Origin: Candidatus Bathyarchaeota archaeon
GTDB lineage: Archaea; Thermoproteota; Bathyarchaeia; Bathyarchaeales; Bathycorpusculaceae
Assembly: GCA_963702095.1 (NCBI GenBank)
Contig: OY969706.1
Span: 2,432,001-2,496,000, forward strand
Length of the DNA: 64,000 bases
Direction of reading: 5' to 3'
Shown here: positions 1-9,304 of the stretch, piece after piece
How the letters are laid out: each line of letters begins with the position of its first letter
Numbering within the stretch: position 1 is the stretch's first letter
The notes under the pieces: model-generated
Database searches by the model: none
Seen by the model: only the letters and a program-made list of their open reading frames with translations
Told to the model about the DNA's origin: nothing
Made by a program: the position numbers and the translations under genes

Positions 1-372
1 GTCCGGTAGCCAATACGACAGTATTGGTATCACGTCGGCGACTTCTGGGATAGAGGTCATGTTACTGAAGTCAGTTATGTTCAGGCGCGGCGTATCCATA
101 ATGGTTTCATTTTTGTAGGGACCCGTATTATAGTAAAATTGTAATCCCAGAGTGCAGTCCATTTGGGTTGCAGTGATATTCATAGCCTGATTATTGGTGT
201 TGATGGCGCCAAATATTTCATCGAGCACTTTTTGGTTGGCTTGCTGGTTTGCCATGATGTTTGGCGGAAGAGAAGTTATTATCGCTAAAGCAAGACTCAA
301 CACTACAACTAGCAGAAGAGCTCTTGCTTTTCTTCTAGATATGTTTCTGGCGGCTCTTGTCAAGATTCCCAT
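1..372 (-). CDS. ABC transporter permease (MacB/FtsX-like), N-terminal part, truncated by window edge
   Basis: Manual translation MGILTRAARNISRRKARALLLVVLSLALAII...; the RN.xRRK.R motif plus TM helix is typical of MacB-type permease N-termini. Confidence 0.7.
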   Translation of the reverse strand, partial: MGILTRAARNISRRKARALLLVVVLSLALAIITSLPPNIMANQQANQKVLDEIFGAINTNNQAMNITATQMDCTLGLQFYYNTGPYKNETIMDTPRLNITDFSNMTSIPEVADVIPILSYWLPD

Positions 373-419
373 TTTCTCTCGTTCCAAGTTTCCTATGATG
401 CCGTGTTAAACTATTATTT

Positions 420-456
420 CTACGGTGTAGGAGCATTTGTACTACGGTATAGTACA
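420..456. promoter_or_regulatory. Putative operator upstream of the ABC permease
   Basis: CTACGGTRTAG at 420-430 and 442-452 (22 bp apart); second copy extends to palindrome TGTACTA-N5-TAGTACA (438-456); adjacent to an AT-rich box at 411-419. Confidence 0.45.
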
Positions 457-510
457 GTCACTTGGCTGGAAGAGAGGACAGTTAACGAGAGGCTGTTAGC
501 TGCTGGCTTG

Positions 511-927
511 TTATAGGCTGCCCTTACGCCAGACTTTAAGGGTTTCATAACTGAAAATCACTATGAAGATTATTGCGGCGGCGACTGAGATGGCATATGC
601 CGTGGTGAAAAGCGGCTCAAGAACCGCAAGCTCCAACACTAAAACCCCAACGGCGAACAGAAGGTAGAAGAAATGTCGGGGAATTAGGAAACGGCTGATT
701 TTCACACAGTTCTCCAGTTCCACGCGGTTGATTACATAGTCGCCATATTCGCGTTTGACAAGCCCCACTGCTTCCAGTTTGGCGAGGTGATGCTGAGCTA
801 TTGAGGGACTGCTAAGTTTTAGGGTTCGCTGGATTTCTCTGATGCCGAGGGGTTTGTTGGTTTTGAGCAGTAAACGGTAGATGTCAAGGGCGGTTCCCTT
901 CAGGGTCGCGGATTCTTTCTCAATCAT
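511..927 (-). CDS. Winged-helix transcription regulator with two C-terminal TM helices
   Basis: LGIREIQRTLKLSSPSIAQHHLAKL wHTH followed by two hydrophobic segments. Confidence 0.75.
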   Translation of the reverse strand: MIEKESATLKGTALDIYRLLLKTNKPLGIREIQRTLKLSSPSIAQHHLAKLEAVGLVKREYGDYVINRVELENCVKISRFLIPRHFFYLLFAVGVLVLELAVLEPLFTTAYAISVAAAIIFIVIFSYETLKVWRKGSL

Positions 928-1195
928 GCTTGTTCCCCTCTCGAAAAAGAAGTTACAGCATTATCCTTTAAGCAGTTTCCGCAGCGTTTAAACAGTGACT
1001 ACACAGACTTTCAGGTAAAAACCTTCTTGTGAATCTTCGCATTGGTCTTGTGACTGCATCTGGGATGCGTTGCAGATAGTTGGCGTGTACCACAAGTACA
1101 TGGCAAGTGGCAGCATAACCCAAGCTCGCTTAAACAGAAGCAAACCGAGCGCTAAAAAGAATCAAAAAAGAAATTAAGGTTTAGTCGAGAACGGC

Positions 1196-3103
1196 CTAAC
1201 CGTGGAACTGCGGACGCTTCGACAAATACATTGGCAGCGGCAGGGGCTTGAAGGGTTTGCCAACGATTTTCTCCTCAACTTTGCTGATGAGTTGCTCTGT
1301 GGTTAATGCTACCTGTTTGCCCCTCTCTTCACGGATACGCACCGACAGTGTTCCCGATTCGACTTCTTTCTCGCCCACAACGATGATGTAGGGCACCCAT
1401 TCCTGCTCTGCCTCTCGGATTTTCTTCTGCAGGGTCGAGGAGGAATCGTCGATGTCTACGCGGATGCAGTGCGCAGCGATTTGCTGGGCTAATTCGGCGA
1501 CTTTGTCGAGGAACTTGTCGGAAATTGGGATAAGCCTAACCTGAGTCGGCGACAACCACAATGGCAGCATCGGAGCCTTACCCGTCATCTGTTCACGGTA
1601 CGCCTTCTCCAAGAGGGCGTAGATGTCACGTTCGATGGCGCCGCTTGGGCTACAGTGCAAGATGAGCGGATACTGTTTCTCGCCTTTCTCGTCTACGTAT
1701 TGGATTCCGTAGCGTTTGGCGTTTTCAACGTCGATTTGGTCTGTGCTGAGTGCTGCGGCTTTGTCTTGGTTGTCCACGAAGTTTAGGTCCCACTTCAGGG
1801 CGAAGTAGAAGAACCGCTCGTTCCAGACTTCCGCCAAAATGGGCTTGTCGAACTTAGCCGCGATTTCAGCTATGAAATCTTTATGTTCGGCATAGAAGTC
1901 TTTGGTGAAGCGCATGGCGATTTCATAGTCCTCTTTGACTAAGCCAATGTTGGCTAATACGTCGATACAGAGGTTGAAACGGATGAGGAACTCTTTTTTT
2001 GCTTGGTCGAGGTCAGTGCAGAAGGCATGGCAGTCTGGCATTGTGAATGCTCGGAGCCGTTTGAGCCCGACGACTTCGCCGCTTTTCTCCCTTCGGAAAC
2101 TGTAGCGGGTTAACTCATAGAGTTTGAGGGGCATTTGCTTGTAGCTGAACTGGGCATCGTGTGCCATCAAGAATTGACCGAAGCACGCTGCGAACCTCAA
2201 AAAAAGCTCTTTATCTTCGGATTTAAGCACGTATTGGCGTGCGGGGAAACGGTTAAGGTAGCTTGCGAGGCTGGGGTGGTTGAAGTCGTACATGATGGGT
2301 GTTTCGACTTCCATGCCGCCGTACTCTGCCACACGCAGACTCACATACTGCTCAAGAAGCGATTTAATCATGCGTCCCTTAGGGTACCAGCGGATGTTGC
2401 CCGGGTCACTTCCAGGTTCATAGTCGGCGATTTCAAGCCGCTTCATCAAGGGAACATGAGGCGGCATCTGGGTAACCGCACGGGTCTTCTTGATTTCGTA
2501 ATTACTGAATTTCTGGAGGTTGCTGTGACCTTTGAACTTGAATTCTTCTATGGGCACCAAGGAACCGTCGGTTTGTAGGATATGCCAGTAGGATTTCATG
2601 GTATCCTCAGCTTTCAGCGCTGCGGAAACAGGTTCTTCCTCTTTCTTAGCTTCGCGTGGCGCTTGACCTGCCGTTCCTGGTGGTGCCGCTTGGGCTGAAG
2701 TGTAGCTGCGCGCCATTTCAGCCAGCGGGTGCCCTTTTATGGATATGGTGAATTGCTTGTTCCATCCAAACGGTGCACGGTAAGTTTCGATACCCTTAGC
2801 TCTGGCGTAGGTTTCCATGTCCTTAATAATTGCGAACGCCTGAGAGGGCTGGCTGAGGTTGCTGCTGAGATGTGCAAAGGGGTAAATGAGTATACGATTT
2901 ACTTTGAGTCTGCCTAAAAACGCGCGTGCGTCGTCTATGGCTTTCTGCGCCAACGCCGAGTTGTCGCCTTCCTCAATGGCGGTGAATAACACCACAACTT
3001 CTTCAACGCGGGTTTCCTCTTTGGTGGCTTCTTCGGCTATGTTGATTTCTTTTTCGATGGGTTTGAAAACTACGTAGTTAGAGTGTAACTGTAAAATCCG
3101 CAT
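1196..3103 (-). CDS. thrS: Threonyl-tRNA synthetase, archaeal type
   Basis: MRILQLHS editing domain with YPFAHLS and APFGW; LRFAACFGQF, RAFTMPDCH, ILHCSPSGAIER motifs. Confidence 0.97.
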   Translation of the reverse strand: MRILQLHSNYVVFKPIEKEINIAEEATKEETRVEEVVVLFTAIEEGDNSALAQKAIDDARAFLGRLKVNRILIYPFAHLSSNLSQPSQAFAIIKDMETYARAKGIETYRAPFGWNKQFTISIKGHPLAEMARSYTSAQAAPPGTAGQAPREAKKEEEPVSAALKAEDTMKSYWHILQTDGSLVPIEEFKFKGHSNLQKFSNYEIKKTRAVTQMPPHVPLMKRLEIADYEPGSDPGNIRWYPKGRMIKSLLEQYVSLRVAEYGGMEVETPIMYDFNHPSLASYLNRFPARQYVLKSEDKELFLRFAACFGQFLMAHDAQFSYKQMPLKLYELTRYSFRREKSGEVVGLKRLRAFTMPDCHAFCTDLDQAKKEFLIRFNLCIDVLANIGLVKEDYEIAMRFTKDFYAEHKDFIAEIAAKFDKPILAEVWNERFFYFALKWDLNFVDNQDKAAALSTDQIDVENAKRYGIQYVDEKGEKQYPLILHCSPSGAIERDIYALLEKAYREQMTGKAPMLPLWLSPTQVRLIPISDKFLDKVAELAQQIAAHCIRVDIDDSSSTLQKKIREAEQEWVPYIIVVGEKEVESGTLSVRIREERGKQVALTTEQLISKVEEKIVGKPFKPLPLPMYLSKRPQFHG

Positions 3104-3118
3104 GGGTCTTTACGCCTC

Positions 3119-3325
3119 TTAGCCATAACGCCATTTGTCAAGGGTCTTATCTTTTTTAGTTTTCTTCTTGTATTCTTTGTAGTGCTCTTTGCACAGGTAG
3201 GCACGTTTTTCGTTTCCAGCTTTTAAACCTGCAGCTTTAACTTTTTCAGCTGGCAGAGAGCGGACTGCTTCTTGACCGCAGACACTGCATTTCACGCCTT
3301 TCTCGATACGACCCAAACGAATCAC
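3119..3325 (-). CDS. Small conserved zinc-binding basic protein
   Basis: CSVC...LCKEHY motif, Lys-rich; co-oriented with thrS. Confidence 0.7.
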   Translation of the reverse strand: MIRLGRIEKGVKCSVCGQEAVRSLPAEKVKAAGLKAGNEKRAYLCKEHYKEYKKKTKKDKTLDKWRYG

Positions 3326-3356
3326 GCTCGATTTGTGTTACTACGCTATAATTTCA

Positions 3357-4283
3357 CTATTGCTTAAGTTCTTTTTCATACAAAACCTTGGCTCTTCGGT
3401 AGATTTCCTCTTTTTTGCCAAAGTAAGTGGGGCCGGGTCCTTCCACCACGCAGGAGGCTACGGCGGAACCTACCGCGGCACACCAAAGCGTCTCCTTCTG
3501 ACGCATATACTCGGTTAAAAAGCCGCCGATGAAGGCATCTCCTGCACCGGTGGGGTCAACCAACACCTCCGAGGGACAAGCGGCTACTTTGTATTGTGCA
3601 CCCTCCACAGAGAGCACCGAGCCTTTTTCACCCATGGTCACGATGACTGTTTCTACACCCACATCGTGAACGACTCTGATGGCGTGTTTGAGGTCAACTT
3701 CCCCTGTTAGGGCATAGAGTTCCGGTTGAGAAGACTTGTAAATGTTAATTAAACTAAAAATGTGGTTATCAACCAAAGCGTTGTCTGAGACATTGCCTGT
3801 TTCGTCGAAACTGCGCAGTAGCCCCTGCGGATCAAGCGAGACCACGTCTACGGATTTTTTGAGTTCCTCGGCAACCTCGTAGGATATTTCGTTGGCTATG
3901 GGTCCGAGATGTATGGCTTTGGCATGGAAATCTTTAGGTAAATCCTCAAGGGTCAATGGCGGACCTTTACTTTTTAGTCTAAGCGTGCGACTAGCGAAGT
4001 CTTGGCTGTAGGTTAATTCAAAACCCGTTGTGGGTTCCTCTGGATGTTGTATAACCGCTGTGAGGTCGATGCCTTCCTCTTGGAGCCACCAAAAATACGC
4101 GTGGGGGAAAGCTGCGCCTACACGGGAAACCACCTTAACCGAGGCGTCGAGGCATTTTGCGGCAAGAGAGGTGTAGGTGGTTGCGCCGCCTAGAATGTTG
4201 AGGGGTGCCTTGCGTGTTGGCAGGTGGATGGTGTCAGCTGAGAAGTGCCCAACCACTGCCAAATCGAAGCTTGATACCGCCAT
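3357..4283 (-). CDS. PfkB family carbohydrate kinase
   Basis: DPTGAGDAF signature, GG motif; start placed at ATG 4283. Confidence 0.9.
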   Translation of the reverse strand: MAVSSFDLAVVGHFSADTIHLPTRKAPLNILGGATTYTSLAAKCLDASVKVVSRVGAAFPHAYFWWLQEEGIDLTAVIQHPEEPTTGFELTYSQDFASRTLRLKSKGPPLTLEDLPKDFHAKAIHLGPIANEISYEVAEELKKSVDVVSLDPQGLLRSFDETGNVSDNALVDNHIFSLINIYKSSQPELYALTGEVDLKHAIRVVHDVGVETVIVTMGEKGSVLSVEGAQYKVAACPSEVLVDPTGAGDAFIGGFLTEYMRQKETLWCAAVGSAVASCVVEGPGPTYFGKKEEIYRRAKVLYEKELKQ

Positions 4284-4419
4284 GTCTCTATCCGTTTCAA
4301 ATATCTGAGTAGTCCTATATAGGATTAGCTTAACTCGTAAAGCAGGATTCAACGGAGAAACATTGACTTAATGTTGGGGCTGGGAAAGTTTTAAATCCGT
4401 TTTCTGCGCTTTGTGGTTA

Positions 4420-4482
4420 GGCTATGGCATTAGCTGTGGCAGACGCCAGAACCGCAACCCATTGGATGCTGATAATGCCTAC
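4420..4482 (+). ncRNA. Fluoride riboswitch (crcB motif)
   Basis: GGCT-ATG-GCATT-AGCT...AACCGC...GCTGATAATGCCTAC matches the crcB consensus; pseudoknot GGCATT/AATGCC; lies 11 nt upstream of crcB and downstream of a BRE/TATA-like GAAAGTTTTAAAT (4384-4396). Confidence 0.9.
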
Positions 4483-4493
4483 CACAAAAACGG

Positions 4494-4895
4494 ATGGACA
4501 CTGAATTGAAGTGGATAGAGTTCGGTCTCTTAGTGGTAGGCGCAGTTGTCGGAGCTTTCTTACGGTACAAAATCGTTGAGTCTCCAGTGGCGATCTATGG
4601 GTTGCCAGTGAACGTGTTAGCCGTCAACGTCGTTGGCAGCTTCATACTGGGCTTGTTCTCAATTCTTTCAGTCGCATTGAACTTGCAACCTCAGTACTCG
4701 CTGCTTGTTGCGGTTGGCTTCTGCGGCTCCTTCACAACCATGTCCTCCTTCGCCTTGGAAACCACCAACCTAATGGAAGGCAACCAATTTATCCTCATGG
4801 CACTCAATATATTAGCAAACGTAGGCTTATCCGTGGGCGCCGTCATGGGCGGCAGAGCAGTCGGCAACGTTGTAATGGAGAGGTTTATGCGTTGA
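4494..4895 (+). CDS. crcB: Fluoride efflux channel CrcB/Fluc
   Basis: GAFLRY, NVVGSFILG, GFCGSFTTMSSF motifs; 4 TM. Confidence 0.95.
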   Translation: MDTELKWIEFGLLVVGAVVGAFLRYKIVESPVAIYGLPVNVLAVNVVGSFILGLFSILSVALNLQPQYSLLVAVGFCGSFTTMSSFALETTNLMEGNQFILMALNILANVGLSVGAVMGGRAVGNVVMERFMR

Positions 4896-5203
4896 AGATG
4901 AAGATGTGGCAACTTATGATTCGCATCAAAAAAAACGATGAAGTGGGCGGCAAACGCCTCGAGAAACTCATTATGGATTGCCTCCAAAAAGCTCATATTG
5001 AAGGCGCGACGGCTTGGACGGGCGTGGACGGTTTTGGTAAACGGGGCAAATCCACCCTACGGTTTGAGGGCGTCACAGTCAATATGCCCCTGATCATCGA
5101 AGTGGTTGACTCTCAAGAGAAGCTGGAGCCACTTTTGCCTGAGTTAAAGCAGATTATAGGAGACGACGGCTTAGTTACGGTGCAAGAGACCCAAGTTGTT
5201 TAA
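4892..5203 (+). CDS. DUF190 PII-like protein
   Basis: GATAWTGVDGFG, MPLIIEVVD motifs; typical crcB partner; overlapping start/stop. Confidence 0.9.
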   Translation: MKMKMWQLMIRIKKNDEVGGKRLEKLIMDCLQKAHIEGATAWTGVDGFGKRGKSTLRFEGVTVNMPLIIEVVDSQEKLEPLLPELKQIIGDDGLVTVQETQVV

Positions 5204-5210
5204 ACGTCTG

Positions 5211-5960
5211 CTACTCTGCCGACCCTATCCCCCTCTGTAATAGGCTAGACACCCTTAGCTCTGTGTTTGCGTATTTTCTTATGCCGCTTCTGCGTCCTAG
5301 TACAATAGCTGCCGTTAGCAAGCCAACCACAATTGCGACCAGAAACACAAGTATTATCCAGCCTAATGCGTCAGGTTTGCCGCTAGGCGGCGGGATGGCG
5401 GTTTGAATTATGGTTGAGGTAGATGTGGCTACGTGAGCGTCCAGGTTAACGGCTTGCGCGGGACTCCATTCGCTGGTTACGCCGACGAAAACATAGGGCA
5501 TAATCATTGTCCCGGGTTGCAGGTTGCCTCTGTCGCGGTGCCCAATCATGGCTTGCACCTCAAACTCGACAGTGCCCGACATGGGGATGGCTGGGTGGCC
5601 TTGGCTTGTCTGCTGCTGCAAATAGGCGGTTTGGCCTGTCACGTAAGTTATTACGGTGGTGGATTCGTTGGATTGCTGTGGATACCAGTCCTCCGCAGTA
5701 TAGAGCTCCGACCAGTTTTCCTCGCTAGTTCTGATGCGGACGTTGTAGAAGAGGTCGTCTCCGGGATAGTTGGCTGCGTTATATGGCTGGTTTTGTATGG
5801 TAAGCGTTATTGTGGTTACGTTGGCTTGATTCTGGGTTTGCACAGCGAATTCAGGAGCAGAGGGCGGAACCTGCGCGGATACAGTTTGTGTGAGAAGAAT
5901 AGGAGATGCCGCTAAGAAGAGGAAAAGGAGAGATAGGAAACCTCTCTTAGCAGCCTTCAT
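5211..5960 (-). CDS. Secreted, membrane-anchored protein (PSxPEF family)
   Basis: Signal peptide, PSAPEF, IQNQP, LFYNVR, VQAMIG, SEWS motifs, C-terminal TM plus RR; similar to 57703 and 58601. Confidence 0.7.
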   Translation of the reverse strand: MKAAKRGFLSLLFLFLAASPILLTQTVSAQVPPSAPEFAVQTQNQANVTTITLTIQNQPYNAANYPGDDLFYNVRIRTSEENWSELYTAEDWYPQQSNESTTVITYVTGQTAYLQQQTSQGHPAIPMSGTVEFEVQAMIGHRDRGNLQPGTMIMPYVFVGVTSEWSPAQAVNLDAHVATSTSTIIQTAIPPPSGKPDALGWIILVFLVAIVVGLLTAAIVLGRRSGIRKYANTELRVSSLLQRGIGSAE

Positions 5961-6101
5961 AATTAGATTTGGATTGGGTGTGAATTAAAAGGGTTCTTGT
6001 ATAGGTTTGTGGACTAAGTTAAGTCAAGAAACCTTGACTAAATAATCCCGCCGCATCTATAGGATAATTTTATTAAAAATGCACTTCAATAAAATCTGGG
6101 A

Positions 6102-6665
6102 TTGAAAATGAATGTTTTAATCGCTTACGGCACCCACTACGGCGCAACCCTCAGCACCGCAGAAGAAATCGCCAACATCCTACGAACAGAAAACTACACC
6201 GTAAAAGTAGTCAATCTCAAAGAAGAAAAAATCAAAGACATCTCACCCTACGAACTCGTCATCGTAGGCAGCGGCATGCAGATAGGCAAATGGACCGGCG
6301 AAGCAGAAGACTTCCTCAAAAAACACCAAAACGAACTCTCAAACAAGAAAGTTGCCATCTTCGCCTCAACCATGAAAATGGTGCCTCAAAAAGAGGGCAA
6401 ACCAGAAGAAGTGGAGAAAATCCGTAAAGCTGCACTCGACGACATAATCGCCAAGTACAACCTGCACCTTATAGCAGCCGGCTTTTTTGGCGGTGTTTTG
6501 AACTATAACAAGATGAACTTTCTTTTCCGACGAACGCTTGGGGCGCTTAAGCCTCAGCTGGAAACGGACGGCTTCAAAGAAACTGAGCCGGGTGTCTATG
6601 AACTGAGGGATTGTGATGAAATCCGCGGCTGGGCAAAGGAGTTGGCGGTTAAGGCATCATATTAG
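6102..6665 (+). CDS. Flavodoxin-domain protein (HemG-like)
   Basis: IAYGTHYGAT, VIVGSG, RDCDEIRGWA motifs. Confidence 0.85.
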   Translation: MKMNVLIAYGTHYGATLSTAEEIANILRTENYTVKVVNLKEEKIKDISPYELVIVGSGMQIGKWTGEAEDFLKKHQNELSNKKVAIFASTMKMVPQKEGKPEEVEKIRKAALDDIIAKYNLHLIAAGFFGGVLNYNKMNFLFRRTLGALKPQLETDGFKETEPGVYELRDCDEIRGWAKELAVKASY

Positions 6666-6718
6666 ATATTGCTTTTCGGTTTTTGGATAAGAGCCTTTTT
6701 ATTTTGTAAGCGCTAAGA

Positions 6719-7307
6719 GTGCAATTTAGAGAGGAAAATTCTTTGAGAAAAAGCGTTAAAATAATCTTAGCGGCATTCGCGGTGATATTCATTGTAGGCT
6801 TCGCTTGCTTTAGCCTAGTAATTTTTGATGTCCCAGGCAGCTTAGCTACTGGTACGCATCCACTGCCCAACGAAGCAGCCATAGGCAAAGCCATTGTAGT
6901 CTACGACCCTGGCTTGACAGGAGGCGCAAAGGACATCGCAACAAAAATCGGCTACGACCTCCAAGACGCAGGCTACGACGTGCTCTTGGCGGGGGTAAAA
7001 AGCTCATCCGCATCGGACCTATCAGGCTACGATGTGGTTGTTGTAGGAGGCCCCAATCTACGCTGGCAAACCCGCAAGCACCATACAAGCGTACCTCGCC
7101 AGTTTCACTCCACCAGCAGACGCAAAAGTCGGAGCATTTGGCTACGGCAGCGCAAAAATGGACAATACAAATCAAGCCGCAGTCCAACAAGACGTCGCCC
7201 GCTTACCCTCAAGCAGCACGGTAACGTTTAATGCAGTTGTCAAAGCAGTTTCAAACGAGGATGCCACGACGCAACTTCAAAGCTTCGTTAACAGCTTGCT
7301 ATCGTAA
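6719..7307 (+). CDS. Membrane-anchored flavodoxin-like protein, frameshifted
   Basis: N-terminal TM, VVYDPGLTG; removing one C in the run at 7051-7054 restores GGPIYAGKP...SLLS* ending at 7307. Confidence 0.7.
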
Positions 7308-7983
7308 AGTTAGTATCTAAATTTTCATTTTTCGTTTCTTGTGGCTGGCTTTGCTTTTTTGCATACGGCAAGATGAATTCAATCAGCAAGAGCACTATAA
7401 TAAGAGCAATAACCAAGGGCAACCCCCAAGCATTGTTCCTCAGAAACAGCGTGATGTGGCCAAACCATGGAATACGCATAACCACTTTGCCAATCACATA
7501 GTCCTGTGGTACACCTTGCCCTGTATGCCAAAGCGTGTTGGAATCATAGTCCTGTGGCGAAGGAGTATCGGGCCATTTTACGCTGGGATTGCCGTCGCCT
7601 TTGGTTTGGAAGTAGAGGGTGCCGTTGATTTCGTAGCTGGTAACTATGCGGTGAACTATGGGGGTAGCGTCTGGGTTGTTGGGGTTCTGGTAGACGATGA
7701 TGTCGCTGTTGGGGTAGTTGGTGTTTAAGTCTTTGGGATCCACCCCTTGGATAACGATTATGTCGCCAACGTGTAGAGTTTGCTCAAAAGTGTGGCTCCA
7801 GCCGTCGCATGCACCGTCATAGGGAACGCACATGCTGCCGCTCTCCACAACTCGCACCGGAACATCCGTATTCAATGCAAACCGCAACCCAAAAAAGAAG
7901 CCTAAAACTACAACAACGATAACTCCGATGACCATTGCAGACTTTAAGTATTCTTTGCGGCTGGTCTTCTTTGTGTCACTCAT
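7288..7983 (-). CDS. Signal peptidase I (S26B, Sec11-type)
   Basis: VESGSM, IVHRI, TKGDGN, IGKVV motifs; N- and C-terminal TM. Confidence 0.9.
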   Translation of the reverse strand: MSDTKKTSRKEYLKSAMVIGVIVVVVLGFFFGLRFALNTDVPVRVVESGSMCVPYDGACDGWSHTFEQTLHVGDIIVIQGVDPKDLNTNYPNSDIIVYQNPNNPDATPIVHRIVTSYEINGTLYFQTKGDGNPSVKWPDTPSPQDYDSNTLWHTGQGVPQDYVIGKVVMRIPWFGHITLFLRNNAWGLPLVIALIIVLLLIEFILPYAKKQSQPQETKNENLDTNFTIASC

Positions 7984-8103
7984 GCATCTTCAGCTGTTGA
8001 CTTGTAGAGAAATGCTGTTACAGTTAATAAACAACATTCTAGCTAAAAGCTATAGTAAGCAAGAAATAAAGGAGCGTAAGCTTTAGTTTTTTCAGGTTAA
8101 AGC

Positions 8104-9300
8104 ATGCTCGGCATAACCAAGACACAGAAAGCTTACTTCCTAATCATATGTGCAATGGGGTTCTTTGCGATTCTAAGCACCACAATGTCGAAGAATCCTG
8201 TGCTTAAACCCTTTGCCACTAGCCTAGGAACTCCCGACGAGTTGCTGGGCATCGTAGCTTCAGCCTCAACTATTCCGGGAATACTCGTTAGTTTACCTGC
8301 AGCTTCGCTCTCAGACATCTTTGGAAGACGAAAAATGCTGCTGGTCGCTGCCTTGGTCTTTGCCTCCGCCCCCTTCCTCTACTTAGGCGTCGACTCCTGG
8401 TGGACACTGGCGCTTGTGCGCTTCTACCATGGCTTCGCCACAGCCATCTTTGTCCCAGTCGCCGAAGCCTCCATCGCAGAGATGTTTCCGACAAAACGGG
8501 GCGAACGTATCTCAATCTTCAACTCTGCTATGGCATCAGGAAGGGCATTGGCGCCTTTTTTAGGGGGCTACATACTTTTTGCTACAGCCCAAAGCTTCTT
8601 CACCCTCTATGTCGCAGTGGGTATCGCAGGCGTAACAGCCTTCGTCGTTGCACTGCTGTTTTTAGCTGAAAAAAGAAATCAACCTCAAACGAAGCAAACA
8701 AGAGCGCCTGCCAGAAAAATGTTCAGCGGTTGGCTTACACTAATCAGAAACGTAAGCGTTGTAGGCGTCAGTTTTGTGCAGGCAATTCAATACTTCGTTT
8801 TTGGTTCTGTGGAGTTCTTTTTGGTGGGTTACTTAACTGATGTGGTGGGGCTAAATCTCTTATCAGTCGGCATCATAACAGGAAGCGAGATTGTGGCGCT
8901 TGTGGTCGCCCGTCCCTTCATCGGACGCATCTCAGACAAGATAGGGCGCACGAAACCGATCATTGCAGGCACAGCAGCAAGCGGCATACTGATAGGTGCT
9001 ATTCCGTTTACAACCGACTTTACGGTGCTATTGCTTTTAGCCATCGGATATGGCGTTTCCTTTGCAACGGTGCTGTCCTCGACCGCTCCGTTGATCAGCG
9101 AGCTTGCACCCGCCACCTTAGTGGGCGCCTCCTTGGGCTTTCTCGCAACAACCATGGATATAGGGCAAACATTAGGACCCATTGTTAGCGGCATTATTTT
9201 TGCCACCAGCCTGCGGTACCTCGGTTTATTCCTCTCGCTTGTGCTGTTCTTAGTCGTTTCAATCGCAGTGTTTGCATGGTCCCAGAAGAAACCAAAATAG
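8104..9300 (+). CDS. MFS transporter
   Basis: About 12 TM; SDIFGRR and SDKIGR MFS motifs. Confidence 0.92.
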   Translation: MLGITKTQKAYFLIICAMGFFAILSTTMSKNPVLKPFATSLGTPDELLGIVASASTIPGILVSLPAASLSDIFGRRKMLLVAALVFASAPFLYLGVDSWWTLALVRFYHGFATAIFVPVAEASIAEMFPTKRGERISIFNSAMASGRALAPFLGGYILFATAQSFFTLYVAVGIAGVTAFVVALLFLAEKRNQPQTKQTRAPARKMFSGWLTLIRNVSVVGVSFVQAIQYFVFGSVEFFLVGYLTDVVGLNLLSVGIITGSEIVALVVARPFIGRISDKIGRTKPIIAGTAASGILIGAIPFTTDFTVLLLLAIGYGVSFATVLSSTAPLISELAPATLVGASLGFLATTMDIGQTLGPIVSGIIFATSLRYLGLFLSLVLFLVVSIAVFAWSQKKPK

Positions 9301-9304
9301 CTAC

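Noticed and set aside
1091-1113. Possible degenerate copy of the thrS 3' end (17/23 to 1221-1243)
   Set aside because: Too short and divergent to separate from chance
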